64,000 nucleotides of DNA from Gemmatimonadaceae bacterium (GCA_030647905.1 JAUSJA010000037.1:12030-76029), one strand, 5' to 3'; shown: positions 19,849 to 30,086, counted from the first letter of the stretch. The notes: a model not told the origin generated them from the sequence alone. Made by a program: numbers and translations.

Positions 19849-21054
19849 GTGCGGAAAATGACGATTCGCGATCTGTCCGACGAGCAGCTCAGAGGCAAGC
19901 GGGCGCTCGTGCGCACCGACTTCAACGTGCCTCTCGACGACAACTGCGAGATCACGGACGACACGCGCATCCGTGCCGTGCTTCCGACGCTGCGGCTCCT
20001 CCTCGACCGGGGCGCGCGGCCGGTAATCCTCTCGCACCTCGGAAGGCCCAAGGGCAAGCCCGATCCGAAGTATTCGCTGCAGCCCGTCGCAACGCGCCTC
20101 GAGGAGCTGATCCACAGAAAGGTCACGTTTGTCGAGTCCACCGACACCGACGAGGCGATGAAGGCGTCCCTGTCGCTGCCGGACGATGAGATTCTCCTTC
20201 TCGAGAACACGCGGTTTCTCGACGGAGAAGAATCGAACGACCCGCGGCTTGCCCGTTCGCTTGCCGAGCTCGGCGACGTATTCGTCAACGATGCTTTCGG
20301 CGCGGCGCACCGCGCGCACGCGTCCACCGCCGGGATCTGCGAGTGGCTGAGGCCCGCGGTGGCCGGCCTGCTGATGGAGCGCGAGCTCGATTACCTCGGC
20401 CAGGCGCTGGGCGATCCCGAGAGGCCGTTCGTGGCGATTCTCGGGGGCTCCAAGATCTCCGGCAAGATTGACGTCATCGAGCATCTCCTGCCAAAAGTGA
20501 ATGGCGTTCTCATCGGCGGCGCGATGGCGTGCACGTTCTATCGCGCGATGGGCCTGGAGACAGGCAAGTCCCTCGTCGAAGATGACAAGGTCAGTCTCGC
20601 CCGTGATCTCATGGATGAGTGGGGGCCGCGAATCACACTTCCGCACGACGCGATGGTCGCGCCGTCGATCGAGCAGGCGGCGTCCGCGCATGTCGTTCCG
20701 CGCGGTGGCATTCCCGCGGGTGAAGCGATGCTCGACATCGGGCCTCGAACGGCCGAGTCGTTTGCGCGGGCGATTGCTTCGGCGAAGACCGTTCTCTGGA
20801 ACGGACCCATGGGCGTCTTCGAGACTCCGCCGTTCGACAAGGGCACACGCGCGATCGCCGACGCGATGGCGGCCGCAACGCACAAGGGAACGGTGACGAT
20901 CGTCGGCGGTGGCGACTCCGCCGCGGCCGTGGCGCAGGCCGGTCTCTCCGAAAAGATGAGTCATGTCTCGACAGGCGGGGGCGCATCGCTCGAGTTCCTG
21001 GAAGGGAAGAACCTTCCCGGCGTGGATGCCCTCGACGATGCGGAGACGTCATGA
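19849..21054 (+). CDS. pgk: Phosphoglycerate kinase
   Basis: RTDFNVPL, SHLGRPKG, LLENTRF, WNGPMGVFE, HVSTGGGASLE. Start is GTG 19849 or ATG 19858. Confidence 0.96.
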   Translation: MRKMTIRDLSDEQLRGKRALVRTDFNVPLDDNCEITDDTRIRAVLPTLRLLLDRGARPVILSHLGRPKGKPDPKYSLQPVATRLEELIHRKVTFVESTDTDEAMKASLSLPDDEILLLENTRFLDGEESNDPRLARSLAELGDVFVNDAFGAAHRAHASTAGICEWLRPAVAGLLMERELDYLGQALGDPERPFVAILGGSKISGKIDVIEHLLPKVNGVLIGGAMACTFYRAMGLETGKSLVEDDKVSLARDLMDEWGPRITLPHDAMVAPSIEQAASAHVVPRGGIPAGEAMLDIGPRTAESFARAIASAKTVLWNGPMGVFETPPFDKGTRAIADAMAAATHKGTVTIVGGGDSAAAVAQAGLSEKMSHVSTGGGASLEFLEGKNLPGVDALDDAETS

Positions 21055-21800
21055 ACCGTCCCGTGATGGCCGCGAACTGGAAGATGAACAATGGACCGAC
21101 GATGGCCCGTGAGTTCATGCAGTCGTTCCTCGATCAGTACCCCCGTCAGAACGACCGCACGATACTGTTCTTTCCGCCGGCGCTCTCGTTGGGCACCGTC
21201 GCTCACGCGATCGCCGACAGGCACGACATCATTCTGGGTGTTCAGAACGTGCACTGGGCGGATCAGGGCGCGTTCACGGGTGAGCTCTCCGTTCCGATGG
21301 CGCGCGATTCCGGCGCGCGGGTTGTCCTCGTCGGACATTCGGAGCGGCGGCACGTCTTCGGTGAGACGGATGAAGAAACCGCCCTCAAGTGCGCAGCCGT
21401 CGAGCGCGGCGGTCTCACTCCCATGCTTTGCATCGGTGAGACGCTCGAGCAGCGCGACGCGGGGCAGGCGGCTGAGATAGTTGTCGCTCAACTCCGCGCG
21501 GGCTTCTCGAAACTGACGCAGCTGACGATCCGGGAAGTGATGGTTGCGTACGAGCCGGTGTGGGCGATCGGAACGGGACGCAATGCCACGCCTGACGATG
21601 CGACCGCGATGCACTCGGTGATACGCCAGGAGCTGCGCACGCTATGCGGAGATCGCGCCCGCGCCACTCCTATTCTGTACGGTGGGAGCGTGAACGCGGT
21701 GAATGCGCCGTCGCTGGTCGCGGCTGAAGAGGTGGACGGGCTGCTGGTGGGCGGGGCGAGTCTTGACGCAAGCTCCTGGTTGGCTGTTGCTCGCGCGTAA
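21051..21800 (+). CDS. tpiA: Triosephosphate isomerase
   Basis: AANWKMN, GHSERRH, AYEPVWAIGTG, LYGGSV. Confidence 0.97.
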   Translation: MNRPVMAANWKMNNGPTMAREFMQSFLDQYPRQNDRTILFFPPALSLGTVAHAIADRHDIILGVQNVHWADQGAFTGELSVPMARDSGARVVLVGHSERRHVFGETDEETALKCAAVERGGLTPMLCIGETLEQRDAGQAAEIVVAQLRAGFSKLTQLTIREVMVAYEPVWAIGTGRNATPDDATAMHSVIRQELRTLCGDRARATPILYGGSVNAVNAPSLVAAEEVDGLLVGGASLDASSWLAVARA

Positions 21801-21816
21801 TCACGACCGTGCTGGA

Positions 21817-21848
21817 CACACGAGCGCTGCTGCACACGAGCGCTGCTG
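21817..21848. repeat. Perfect 16-bp tandem duplication
   Basis: CACACGAGCGCTGCTG x2 (21817-21832, 21833-21848) between tpiA and secG. Confidence 0.95.
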
Positions 21849-21851
21849 CCA

Positions 21852-21881
21852 TTGACTCGCACGCCGCCTTTCCGTGATATT
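21852..21881 (+). promoter_or_regulatory. Putative promoter of secG-carA
   Basis: TTGACT (21852-21857) then GATATT (21876-21881), 18-bp spacer. Confidence 0.4.
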
Positions 21882-21914
21882 GAACGCTGGATATGATGTC
21901 TTCAACAAGCCGAA

Positions 21915-22310
21915 ATGCTCTATAACATACTTCTCGTTATTCTCCTCATAGACGCCGTGGTTCTGACCGCGGCGATCCTGCTTCAAGCCGGCAAGGGCAG
22001 TGGCCTCGCCGCCAACTTCGGCGGCGCCAGCTCATCGCCTGACGCTTTCATCGGCATCCACCAGGCAGGGACCATTCTGACGAAAGCCACGTGGTGGTGC
22101 GCCGGAATCTTCCTGGGTCTGTCGTTCATCCTGCAAGTCATGTCCACCAGGACGCTGGCTCCCAAGTCGGTTCTCGAAAACACGTTCGGCAAGCCCGCGC
22201 CGGTCCCGGCGACTTCGCCGGCCACCGCAGCGCCTGTAACGCCAGCCGTTCCCCTGACGCCCGCTCCGGCAACGACGCCTGCGACGACTCCCCCTGCGAC
22301 CAAGCGGTAG
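21915..22310 (+). CDS. secG: Preprotein translocase subunit SecG
   Basis: Two TM helices, LLQAGKGSGLAANFGGA, LTKATWW; Pro/Thr/Ala tail; follows tpiA. Confidence 0.9.
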   Translation: MLYNILLVILLIDAVVLTAAILLQAGKGSGLAANFGGASSSPDAFIGIHQAGTILTKATWWCAGIFLGLSFILQVMSTRTLAPKSVLENTFGKPAPVPATSPATAAPVTPAVPLTPAPATTPATTPPATKR

Positions 22311-22319
22311 CGGCGAGAG

Positions 22320-23459
22320 TTGACTGTTTACGCCACACACCCGGGGTTCCTCCTCCTAGAGGACGGAACCCTTTTTCATGGCCGCATCCGTCGCGCCGCT
22401 GGCAGTGGCGCGCGTGCGAGCGGACAGGAGCCGACGGTCGCCGAAATCGTGTTCTCGACGAACATGACCGGCTACCAGGAGATGTTCACCGATCCTTCGT
22501 TCGGCGGACAGATCGTGGTCATGACCGCTCCACAGATCGGGAACTACGGAATCAACACCGAAGATCCCGAATCGGCGCATCCGCAGGTCGCCGGTGTCAT
22601 TGTTCGCGAGCTTTCGCGGACGTTTTCGAACTGGCGCGCGACGGGCGATCTGGAGGGCTGGCTCGAGTCAGCAAATGTGCCTATCCTGCAAGAGGTTGAC
22701 ACGAGACGCCTCACGCGGCATCTCAGGTCGGCCGGTGTCATGCGCGGTGTCATCGGCGTTGGAGATTCCCCCACTGCCGACGCGATCGCGGCGCTCGAGG
22801 CATGCCCATCGATGGAGGGCCTCGATCTCGCCTCACGCGTCACGACGCGCGAGCGTTATACGTGGGGCGATCCCGCCGCCAGCCGGTACATCATCGCCTA
22901 CGACTTCGGCATCAAGCGAAATATTCTCCGACTCTTCGCCGACCATGACGCGCGCGTAACTGTCGTCCCCGCCGACACTCCCGCGAGCGACGTGCTCGGC
23001 GAACATCCCGACGGCGTCTTTCTCTCCAACGGTCCGGGCGATCCTGACGCCATATCCTATGCGCCAGATACGGTGCGAGAACTGGCAACCAGCGGGACAC
23101 CCGTATTCGGCATTTGTCTCGGCCACCAGGTCCTGGGCCTGGCGTTCGGTGGCTCGACAACGAAGCTACCGTTTGGGCACCGAGGCGGAAACCACCCCGT
23201 GCGTGAAATGTCAACCGGCCGTGTGCTGATCACCTCGCAGAACCACGGCTTCGCCGTAGAAGGGAATGCGTCAGGCATCAAGGGCTCGGCCGAGCTCGAG
23301 GTCACACACGTGAACCTGAATGACGGGACGGTCGAGGGGCTCAGGCACCGAGATCTGCCCGTCTTCGGGGTGCAGTATCACCCGGAAGCGGCCCCCGGCC
23401 CGCACGATGCCGTGCCTCATTTCGATCAATTCATGGACGCCATACGCTCCCGCAAGTAG
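22320..23459 (+). CDS. carA: Carbamoyl-phosphate synthase small subunit
   Basis: LLLEDGTLF, FSTNMTGYQE, LSNGPGDP, GICLGHQ, SQNHGFAV, QYHPEAAPGPHD; TTG start. Confidence 0.95.
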   Translation: MTVYATHPGFLLLEDGTLFHGRIRRAAGSGARASGQEPTVAEIVFSTNMTGYQEMFTDPSFGGQIVVMTAPQIGNYGINTEDPESAHPQVAGVIVRELSRTFSNWRATGDLEGWLESANVPILQEVDTRRLTRHLRSAGVMRGVIGVGDSPTADAIAALEACPSMEGLDLASRVTTRERYTWGDPAASRYIIAYDFGIKRNILRLFADHDARVTVVPADTPASDVLGEHPDGVFLSNGPGDPDAISYAPDTVRELATSGTPVFGICLGHQVLGLAFGGSTTKLPFGHRGGNHPVREMSTGRVLITSQNHGFAVEGNASGIKGSAELEVTHVNLNDGTVEGLRHRDLPVFGVQYHPEAAPGPHDAVPHFDQFMDAIRSRK

Positions 23460-23493
23460 GCGCGCCGCTGCTCCGAGCCGGACTCAGGAACGC

Positions 23494-23522
23494 TTGACAC
23501 GATTTCAGTAAAGTCATACTTT
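23494..23522 (+). promoter_or_regulatory. Putative sigma70 promoter of HU-moaDEA
   Basis: TTGACA (23494-23499), 17-bp spacer, TACTTT (23517-23522). Confidence 0.6.
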
Positions 23523-23569
23523 CTAACGAGTTACGGACATGTGGGTGCGTCACACCTGAGGCGGAGTCA

Positions 23570-23908
23570 ATGACTAAAGCGGACCTGGTCGAGAGAGTCA
23601 CCGCCCAGATTTCCCGGACAGCGGGCCCGATGATCTCGAAAAAGGACTGTGCGCGCGTGGTGGACGCCTTCCTCGAGGCCGTCAAGGAGTCGCTCCAGCG
23701 CCAGGAAAACATCGAGGTCCGCGGTTTCGGCACGTTCAAGATCCGCCGACGCAAGACTCGCATGGCGCGCAACCCGAGGACAGGATCCCCGGTCGAGGTA
23801 TCCGCCCGCCCGGTGCCCGTGTTCAAGCCTTCCAAGGAGCTCCGCGCGCTCGTAGCAGGTGTGGAGATGTCCGAGTTCCACGATACCGAGCTCTCCGAGG
23901 CCGAGTAG
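23570..23908 (+). CDS. HU/IHF family DNA-binding protein
   Basis: MTKADLV…IEVRGFGTFKIRRRKTRMARNPRTG…PVFKPSKELR; acidic C-terminal tail. Confidence 0.93.
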   Translation: MTKADLVERVTAQISRTAGPMISKKDCARVVDAFLEAVKESLQRQENIEVRGFGTFKIRRRKTRMARNPRTGSPVEVSARPVPVFKPSKELRALVAGVEMSEFHDTELSEAE

Positions 23909-23927
23909 CACCCTCGGCGGTCCGGGC

Positions 23928-24170
23928 ATGACCGTCACCATCCGCCTCTTTGCGTCCTACGCCGACAAGCTCGGACGCTCAGCCTTCGAGATTGAATGCG
24001 CTGAAGGATCCACGGTGGCCGACATCGTGAGGTCGGTCACGAGCTTGCCCGGGGGCTCGTCGCTTCCTCCAATGCCTCTTGTCGCGGTGAACCGCATTTA
24101 CGCCGACAGCGGCACGCCCGTGAGCGACGGCGATGAGGTGGCCATCATTCCTCCGGTGGCTGGCGGATGA
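23928..24170 (+). CDS. moaD: Molybdopterin synthase sulfur carrier
   Basis: IRLFASYAD…VAVN…DGDEVAIIPPVAGG with C-terminal GG. Confidence 0.9.
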   Translation: MTVTIRLFASYADKLGRSAFEIECAEGSTVADIVRSVTSLPGGSSLPPMPLVAVNRIYADSGTPVSDGDEVAIIPPVAGG

Positions 24171-24598
24171 TGCGGGCATCGCTGGTCAGACGACCGATCG
24201 CGGTGGAGGCCATCGTCGCCGAAGTCGCCGGCGAAGGGAACGGTGCAACCGCGCTTTTCCTCGGCACCGTCCGATCACACAACGACGGCCGCGACGTCAC
24301 CGGCATCGAGTACTCGGCATACGACGAGATGGCGGAGCTCGAGATGGACTGGATTCTGCGGGAGGCGGCCGAACGGTTCTGCATTGCTCAGGCGGTGGTC
24401 GAGCATCGCCTCGGGGAGTTGAAGGTCGGTGACGCTTCCATTGGCGTCGCCGTCGCCCACGCGCACCGCGGCGAAGCGATCAATGCGTTACGCTTCATCG
24501 TGGACGAGATCAAGCGCCGAGCACCGATCTGGAAGCTCGAGCACTACGCGGACGGCACTCGCGAATGGGTCGCTGCGGGAACTGGAACGACGCCGTGA
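24167..24598 (+). CDS. moaE: Molybdopterin synthase catalytic subunit
   Basis: GATALFLGTVR, EYSAYDEMA, HRLGEL, DEIKRRAPIWKLE. Confidence 0.92.
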   Translation: MMRASLVRRPIAVEAIVAEVAGEGNGATALFLGTVRSHNDGRDVTGIEYSAYDEMAELEMDWILREAAERFCIAQAVVEHRLGELKVGDASIGVAVAHAHRGEAINALRFIVDEIKRRAPIWKLEHYADGTREWVAAGTGTTP

Positions 24599-25578
24599 CC
24601 GAGCCGCGAACCGACCAGTTCGGCAGAAGGATCGAGTATCTCCGTATCTCCGTCACCGACAAGTGCAATTTCCGCTGTCTCTACTGCATGCCGCCTGAGG
24701 GCCTGCAGTGGCTCCCCAAGGCGGAGATACTGAGCTACGAGGAGATCGCGGGCATCGTTTCGCAGCTCGCGCCCGAAGGGCTCAGTCGCGTACGCGTTAC
24801 GGGCGGTGAGCCGACGATCCGCCCGAACCTGGAAGTGCTCATCAGTCTGCTCCGCGCCATCGGCGGCATTCGAGACATCGCTCTCTCGACCAATGGGGTG
24901 CGCCTCGTCGAGCTCGCGGCGAAGTATCGCGCCGCGGGCCTCGACCGCGTGAATATCAGCGTGGACTCGCTCCGCCCCGAGCGGATCGCGGCGATCGCCC
25001 GACGAGACATGGGCTTCAACCCGATTGCCGCTGCTGCTGCCGCTGAGCGGGCGGGCCTTTCTCCCGTGAAGATCAACGTGGTCGTCATGCGTGGCATCAA
25101 CGACGACGAGATCGCCGATTTCGCACGCCTGACACTCGATAACCCGTGGCATGTCCGTTTCATCGAACTGATGCCGGTGGGATCCATGAGTGGCGTCATC
25201 TGGGAACACGTCGTGGCATCGGCCGAAGTGCTCGAGCGAGCCGCATCTGTCGGTGCTCTGTCCCGTTCGCCTGGCCCTTCGCGCGGGAACGGTCCGGCCG
25301 AGTATCACTCGTTCGACGGCGCGCCCGGATCGATTGGCGTCATCACCCCCATGACTCACACCTATTGCGCGAGCTGCAACCGCGTGCGTCTCACGGCCGA
25401 CGGAAAGCTGCGTACGTGTCTGTTCGGCGATCATGAGGTGAACCTCCGCGAGCCGTTCCGCGAAGGCGCTGATATGGCGCCGCTTTTTCGGCGCGCACTC
25501 GCCGGGAAGCCGCTGGAGCACGAGCTTCTCCAGATGCGCACCGGCGGATTGCGTGCTCTTTCGCAGGTTGGAGGCTGA
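24595..25578 (+). CDS. moaA: GTP 3',8-cyclase (radical SAM)
   Basis: DQFGRRIEYLRISVTDKCNFRCLYC, TGGEP, CASCNRVRLTADGKLRTCLF, C-terminal GG; GTG start overlaps the moaE stop. Confidence 0.95.
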   Translation: MTEPRTDQFGRRIEYLRISVTDKCNFRCLYCMPPEGLQWLPKAEILSYEEIAGIVSQLAPEGLSRVRVTGGEPTIRPNLEVLISLLRAIGGIRDIALSTNGVRLVELAAKYRAAGLDRVNISVDSLRPERIAAIARRDMGFNPIAAAAAAERAGLSPVKINVVVMRGINDDEIADFARLTLDNPWHVRFIELMPVGSMSGVIWEHVVASAEVLERAASVGALSRSPGPSRGNGPAEYHSFDGAPGSIGVITPMTHTYCASCNRVRLTADGKLRTCLFGDHEVNLREPFREGADMAPLFRRALAGKPLEHELLQMRTGGLRALSQVGG

Positions 25579-25586
25579 CCGGCGGT

Positions 25587-25615
25587 TTGCCAGCGCCGCA
25601 ATTGCGAAATAACTT
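25587..25615 (+). promoter_or_regulatory. Putative sigma70 promoter of mdh-sdhCAB with overlapping palindrome
   Basis: TTGCCA (25587-25592), 17-bp spacer, TAACTT (25610-25615). The palindrome GCGAAA-TAAC-TTTCGC (25604-25619) covers the -10. Confidence 0.55.
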
Positions 25616-25651
25616 TCGCTCTGCAGTTCTCCACTAATCCAGCAGAGCACA

Positions 25652-26581
25652 ATGGTCAACAAGATTACGGTCGTCGGCGCAGGCAACGTAGGCGCGACGA
25701 CTGCGCAGCGTGTCGCCGAAAAGGAGCTGGCCCGCCACGTCGTACTCGTGGACATCATGGAAGGCGTGCCGCAGGGGAAGGGACTCGATCAGTGGGAGTC
25801 GGCGCCGATCGAGGGATTCGACTCCCGTGTCATCGGCACCAACGGCTACGACGAGGCCGCCAATTCCGACATCGTCATCGTCACCGCCGGCATTGCGCGC
25901 AAGCCAGGCATGTCCCGCGACGATCTTCTCAACACCAATGCCGGCATCGTGAAGTCGGTGTCCGAGAGCATCAAGGCGACGTCGCCTGACGCGATTCTCA
26001 TCATGGTGTCAAACCCGCTCGACGTCATGTCGTGGGTGGCGAAGGAAGTGACGGGGTTCCCGCGCGAGCGCGTGCTCGGAATGGCGGGAGTCCTCGACTC
26101 GGCGCGGTACCGCTCGTTCCTCGCCGAGGCGCTCGACGTGTCCGTTCGCGACATCCAGGCGATGGTGCTCGGCGGCCACGGCGACACGATGGTGCCGCTT
26201 GTTTCGTACACGAGCGTCAGCGGCATTCCGGTCACGCAGCTCATGCCGAAGGAGCGCCTCGACGCGATTATCGAGCGCACGCGCAACGGCGGCGCCGAAA
26301 TCGTGAAACTCCTCAAGACCGGTTCAGCCTATTACGCGCCTTCAGCCGCGGCCGTGCAGATGTGCGAGGCGATCGTGCGCGACCAGAAGCGCATTCTCCC
26401 GTGCGCCGCGTGGCTCGAGGGCGAATACGGGATGTCGGGACTCTTCCTTGGCGTGCCGTGCAAGCTTGGCCGGAAAGGGCTTGAGGGGATCCTCGAGGTT
26501 ACCCTCACTGACGAGGAGCGTGCGGCGCTCGAGCGCAGCGCGGAAGCGGTCAGGGAGCCGATGAGCGCAGTCAAGCTCTGA
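25652..26581 (+). CDS. mdh: Malate dehydrogenase (LDH-like type)
   Basis: [46 protein letters not shown]. Confidence 0.95.
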   Translation: MVNKITVVGAGNVGATTAQRVAEKELARHVVLVDIMEGVPQGKGLDQWESAPIEGFDSRVIGTNGYDEAANSDIVIVTAGIARKPGMSRDDLLNTNAGIVKSVSESIKATSPDAILIMVSNPLDVMSWVAKEVTGFPRERVLGMAGVLDSARYRSFLAEALDVSVRDIQAMVLGGHGDTMVPLVSYTSVSGIPVTQLMPKERLDAIIERTRNGGAEIVKLLKTGSAYYAPSAAAVQMCEAIVRDQKRILPCAAWLEGEYGMSGLFLGVPCKLGRKGLEGILEVTLTDEERAALERSAEAVREPMSAVKL

Positions 26582-26588
26582 CAAGGAG

Positions 26589-27251
26589 ATGAACCGGGCA
26601 ATCCGCTTCTACCAGTCGGCGATCGGAAAGAAAGTCGTGATGGGTGTCACCGGCCTGATTGGAATCGGGTTCGTGATCGGGCACATGTCGGGCAACCTCC
26701 TCGCCTTTCGCGGGGCGGAAGCAATCAACGCCTATGCCCGGTTTCTCAAGAGCACGGGCGAGCTTCTGTGGATCCTGCGCCTGGTGCTCATCGCCGCAGT
26801 GATTCTGCACGTCGTCGCCGCGTATCAGCTCACGATGCAGAACCGCGCGGCACGTCCTGTCGGGTACGTCAACCGCGAGCCCCAGGTGAGCACCTGGGCG
26901 GCACGCACGCTGCGGTGGGGCGGCGTGCTTCTCCTTCTGTTCATCGTGCTCCACATAATGCATTTCACGACCGGGACCATCGAGCCGGCAGGCGCGTTCA
27001 GCGAGACCGACGTACACGCCAACATCGTCACGAGCTTCCGGTTGTGGTGGGTGACCCTCTTCTACGTAATCGCGATGATCGCGCTCGGACTGCATCTCTA
27101 TCACGGTGCATGGAGCTCGGTGCGGTCGCTTGGCATCTCACCGCCGTCGAACGATCCGTTGCACCGCCGCGTCGCACTTGTGATCGCGGTGGTCGTCTGG
27201 CTCGGCTTCACCGCCGTGCCCGTCGCCGTCTTCGCCGGACTCATAGACTGA
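26589..27251 (+). CDS. sdhC: Succinate dehydrogenase cytochrome b subunit
   Basis: Five TM helices, [30 protein letters not shown]. Confidence 0.9.
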   Translation: MNRAIRFYQSAIGKKVVMGVTGLIGIGFVIGHMSGNLLAFRGAEAINAYARFLKSTGELLWILRLVLIAAVILHVVAAYQLTMQNRAARPVGYVNREPQVSTWAARTLRWGGVLLLLFIVLHIMHFTTGTIEPAGAFSETDVHANIVTSFRLWWVTLFYVIAMIALGLHLYHGAWSSVRSLGISPPSNDPLHRRVALVIAVVVWLGFTAVPVAVFAGLID

Positions 27252-27252
27252 C

Positions 27253-29166
27253 ATGGAACTGAAAGCACGCATCCCCGCGGGCCCGCTGGAGAAGAAATGG
27301 GACCGCCATCGCTTCGAGATGAAGCTCGTCAATCCCGCCAACAAGCGGAAATACTCCGTCATCGTCGTCGGCACCGGCCTTGGCGGCGGAGCAGCGGCCG
27401 CGACTCTCGGCGAGCTCGGATACAACGTGAAGTGCTTCTGCTTCCAGGATTCACCGCGGCGCGCGCACAGCATCGCCGCCCAGGGCGGAATCAACGCGGC
27501 CAAGAACTACCAGAATGACGGCGACAGCATCCACCGTCTTTTCTATGACACGATAAAAGGCGGCGATTTCCGCTCCCGCGAGGCGAACGTCTACCGCCTC
27601 GCGGAGATCAGCGTGAACATCATTGATCAGTGCGTGGCACAGGGAGTTCCGTTCGCTCGCGAGTATGGCGGACTGCTGGCGAACCGGTCGTTCGGCGGAG
27701 CGCAGGTGTCGCGCACGTTCTACGCGCGTGGTCAGACCGGACAGCAGCTGCTGCTTGGTGCGTACCAGGCGCTCGAGAGGCAGATCGCGCTCGGATCCGT
27801 GAAGATGTTCCCGCGCACAGAGATGCTCGATGTCGTGGTCATTGACGGAAGGGCGCGCGGGATCATCACCCGCGATCTGATCACCGGCGAGATCCAGCCG
27901 CACGTCGCCGATGCCGTCGTGCTGGGAACCGGCGGTTACGCCAATGTTTTCTATCTCTCGACCAACGCCAAGGGGTCGAACGCGACCGCCATCTGGCGCG
28001 CGTACAAGCGCGGAGCTGCGTTCGCTAATCCGTGCTTCACGCAGATCCACCCGACCTGCATTCCGGTCAGCGGGGAACACCAGTCCAAGCTGACCCTCAT
28101 GAGCGAGTCGCTCCGCAACGACGGACGCGTGTGGGTTCCAAAGGCGAATGGTGACAAGCGCCCGCCGAACCAGATACCCGAGGCGGAGCGGGACTATTAC
28201 CTCGAGCGCAAGTATCCGAGCTTCGGCAATCTCGCTCCGCGCGACATCGCTTCACGCTGCGCGAAGGAAGTGTGCGACGAGGGCAGGGGAGTCGGCGAAG
28301 GCGGACTTGGCGTCTATCTCGACTTCGCCGACGCCATCGAGCGCCTCGGCGAAGGAGTCATTCGAGAGCGGTACGGCAACCTCTTCGAGATGTATCAGCG
28401 TATCACCGACGAGGATCCGTATAAGGTGCCGATGCGCATCTATCCCGCAGCGCACTACGTCATGGGCGGCTTGTGGGTGGACTACAGCCTCATGAGCACC
28501 GTCGAAGGGCTGTACGTCATCGGCGAAGCCAATTTCTCCGATCACGGCGCCAATCGTCTCGGCGCGAGCGCGTTGATGCAGGGGCTGGCGGACGGATACT
28601 TCGTGATCCCCAACACGATCGGAGACTATCTCGCCACCGCCCGGCCGCCGAAGGTGGACGAGAATCACCCGGCTTTCCGCGAGGCGGTGGCGGAGGTGGA
28701 CGAGCGCACCCGGCGGCTGCTCTCGATAGATGGAAAGCGGACCGTCGATTCATTTCACCGCGAGCTGGGCCACATCATGTGGAGCTACTGCGGGATGGCG
28801 CGAAACGAGGCGGGACTGAAGAAGGCGCTCGAGCTGATCCCTGTGCTGCGCGACGAGTTCTGGCGGAACGTCAATGTGCCCGGAAGCGATGCGCAGCTCA
28901 ATCAGGCGCTGGAGAAGGCGGGACGCGTCGCCGATTTCATGGAGCTGGCCGAGTTGATGTGCCGCGACGCGCTGCATCGCACAGAATCGTGCGGAGGACA
29001 TTTCCGTGAGGAAAGCCAGACTCCCGACGGTGAAGCGCTGCGCGACGACGAGCACTTCGCGTACGTGGCGGCATGGGAGTACGCGGGAGAAGGCCAGGCG
29101 CCGATTCTGAACAAGGAGCCGCTGGTTTTCGAGAACGTCAAGCTCTCGCAGAGGAGCTACAAGTAA
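27253..29166 (+). CDS. sdhA: Succinate dehydrogenase/fumarate reductase flavoprotein
   Basis: [49 protein letters not shown]. Confidence 0.96.
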   Translation: MELKARIPAGPLEKKWDRHRFEMKLVNPANKRKYSVIVVGTGLGGGAAAATLGELGYNVKCFCFQDSPRRAHSIAAQGGINAAKNYQNDGDSIHRLFYDTIKGGDFRSREANVYRLAEISVNIIDQCVAQGVPFAREYGGLLANRSFGGAQVSRTFYARGQTGQQLLLGAYQALERQIALGSVKMFPRTEMLDVVVIDGRARGIITRDLITGEIQPHVADAVVLGTGGYANVFYLSTNAKGSNATAIWRAYKRGAAFANPCFTQIHPTCIPVSGEHQSKLTLMSESLRNDGRVWVPKANGDKRPPNQIPEAERDYYLERKYPSFGNLAPRDIASRCAKEVCDEGRGVGEGGLGVYLDFADAIERLGEGVIRERYGNLFEMYQRITDEDPYKVPMRIYPAAHYVMGGLWVDYSLMSTVEGLYVIGEANFSDHGANRLGASALMQGLADGYFVIPNTIGDYLATARPPKVDENHPAFREAVAEVDERTRRLLSIDGKRTVDSFHRELGHIMWSYCGMARNEAGLKKALELIPVLRDEFWRNVNVPGSDAQLNQALEKAGRVADFMELAELMCRDALHRTESCGGHFREESQTPDGEALRDDEHFAYVAAWEYAGEGQAPILNKEPLVFENVKLSQRSYK

Positions 29167-29909
29167 TGAACCTGCGCTTGAGAGTCTGGCGCCAGGCAGG
29201 ACCCGCGGCGCGCGGCCGGATGGTGGAGTACGACGCACCCGGCATCAGCCCGGACATGTCGTTCCTCGAGATGCTCGACGTGGTGAACGAGCGATTGACG
29301 GAGAGCGGCGAGGAGCCGATCGCGTTCGATCACGACTGCCGCGAGGGAATCTGCGGGTCGTGCTCGCTGATGATCAACGGAGCGGCGCACGGTCCGATGA
29401 AGGGCACCGCGACGTGTCAGCTCCACATGCGCAGTTTCAAGGACCGGGACGTGATAGACGTGGAGCCGTGGCGAGCGAAGGCGTTCCCGGTGATCCGCGA
29501 TCTCGTGGTGGACCGCGGCGCGCTCGACCGGATCATCCAGGCCGGCGGATTCATCACCGCGTCCACTGGCGGCGCTCAGGACGCGAATGCGACGCTCGTC
29601 CCGAAGACGTCCGCCGACGCGGCGATGGATGCCGCCGCGTGCATTGGCTGCGGCGCCTGCGTCGCCGCCTGTCCCAACGCATCCGCATCCCTCTTCACGG
29701 CGGCGAAGATCAGCCACCTCGGACATCTTCCGCAGGGACAGCCGGAGCGTCATCGCCGCGTGCTGTCCATGGTAGAGCAGATGGAGCTCGAGGATTTCGG
29801 CGGCTGCACGCTTTTCGGTGAATGCCAGGAAGCGTGCCCGAAGGAGATCAGCATCGACACGATCACGAGGATGAACGGCGACTACATCTGTGCTGGTCTC
29901 CCGGCTTGA
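29166..29909 (+). CDS. sdhB: Succinate dehydrogenase iron-sulfur subunit
   Basis: [41 protein letters not shown]. Confidence 0.95.
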   Translation: MNLRLRVWRQAGPAARGRMVEYDAPGISPDMSFLEMLDVVNERLTESGEEPIAFDHDCREGICGSCSLMINGAAHGPMKGTATCQLHMRSFKDRDVIDVEPWRAKAFPVIRDLVVDRGALDRIIQAGGFITASTGGAQDANATLVPKTSADAAMDAAACIGCGACVAACPNASASLFTAAKISHLGHLPQGQPERHRRVLSMVEQMELEDFGGCTLFGECQEACPKEISIDTITRMNGDYICAGLPA

Positions 29910-29975
29910 GACGCATCTCGTACGCCACGCGGAGCCAGCCGCCTTTCTCCCCCTTGTAACCAGGACCCGCTCGAA

Positions 29976-30014
29976 AAACTGCTTGGACGACAAACTGCTT
30001 GGACGACGGACGAC
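29976..30014. repeat. Perfect 16-bp tandem duplication plus partial third unit
   Basis: AAACTGCTTGGACGAC x2 (29976-29991, 29992-30007) then GGACGAC (30008-30014), just left of the IS. Confidence 0.9.
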
Positions 30015-30031
30015 ACTAGCCTAGTACTTAC

Positions 30032-30060
30032 TTGACATAGAAGCCGTTATAGCATAAGGT
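30032..30060 (+). promoter_or_regulatory. Transposase promoter overlapping the left TIR
   Basis: TTGACA (30032-30037), 17-bp spacer, TAAGGT (30055-30060). Confidence 0.65.
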
Positions 30061-30086
30061 GTGGTACCTTCCGTGTGGAGAGTGCC

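Noticed and set aside
22310-22320. tRNA-Leu commonly found after secG
   Set aside because: Only 9 bp separate secG from carA; no tRNA is present.
29885-29892. Extra CATCTGTG/CACAGATG copies (in sdhB here and at 54953-54960 in plsX)
   Set aside because: Isolated 8-mers inside coding sequence are expected by chance and have no array context.
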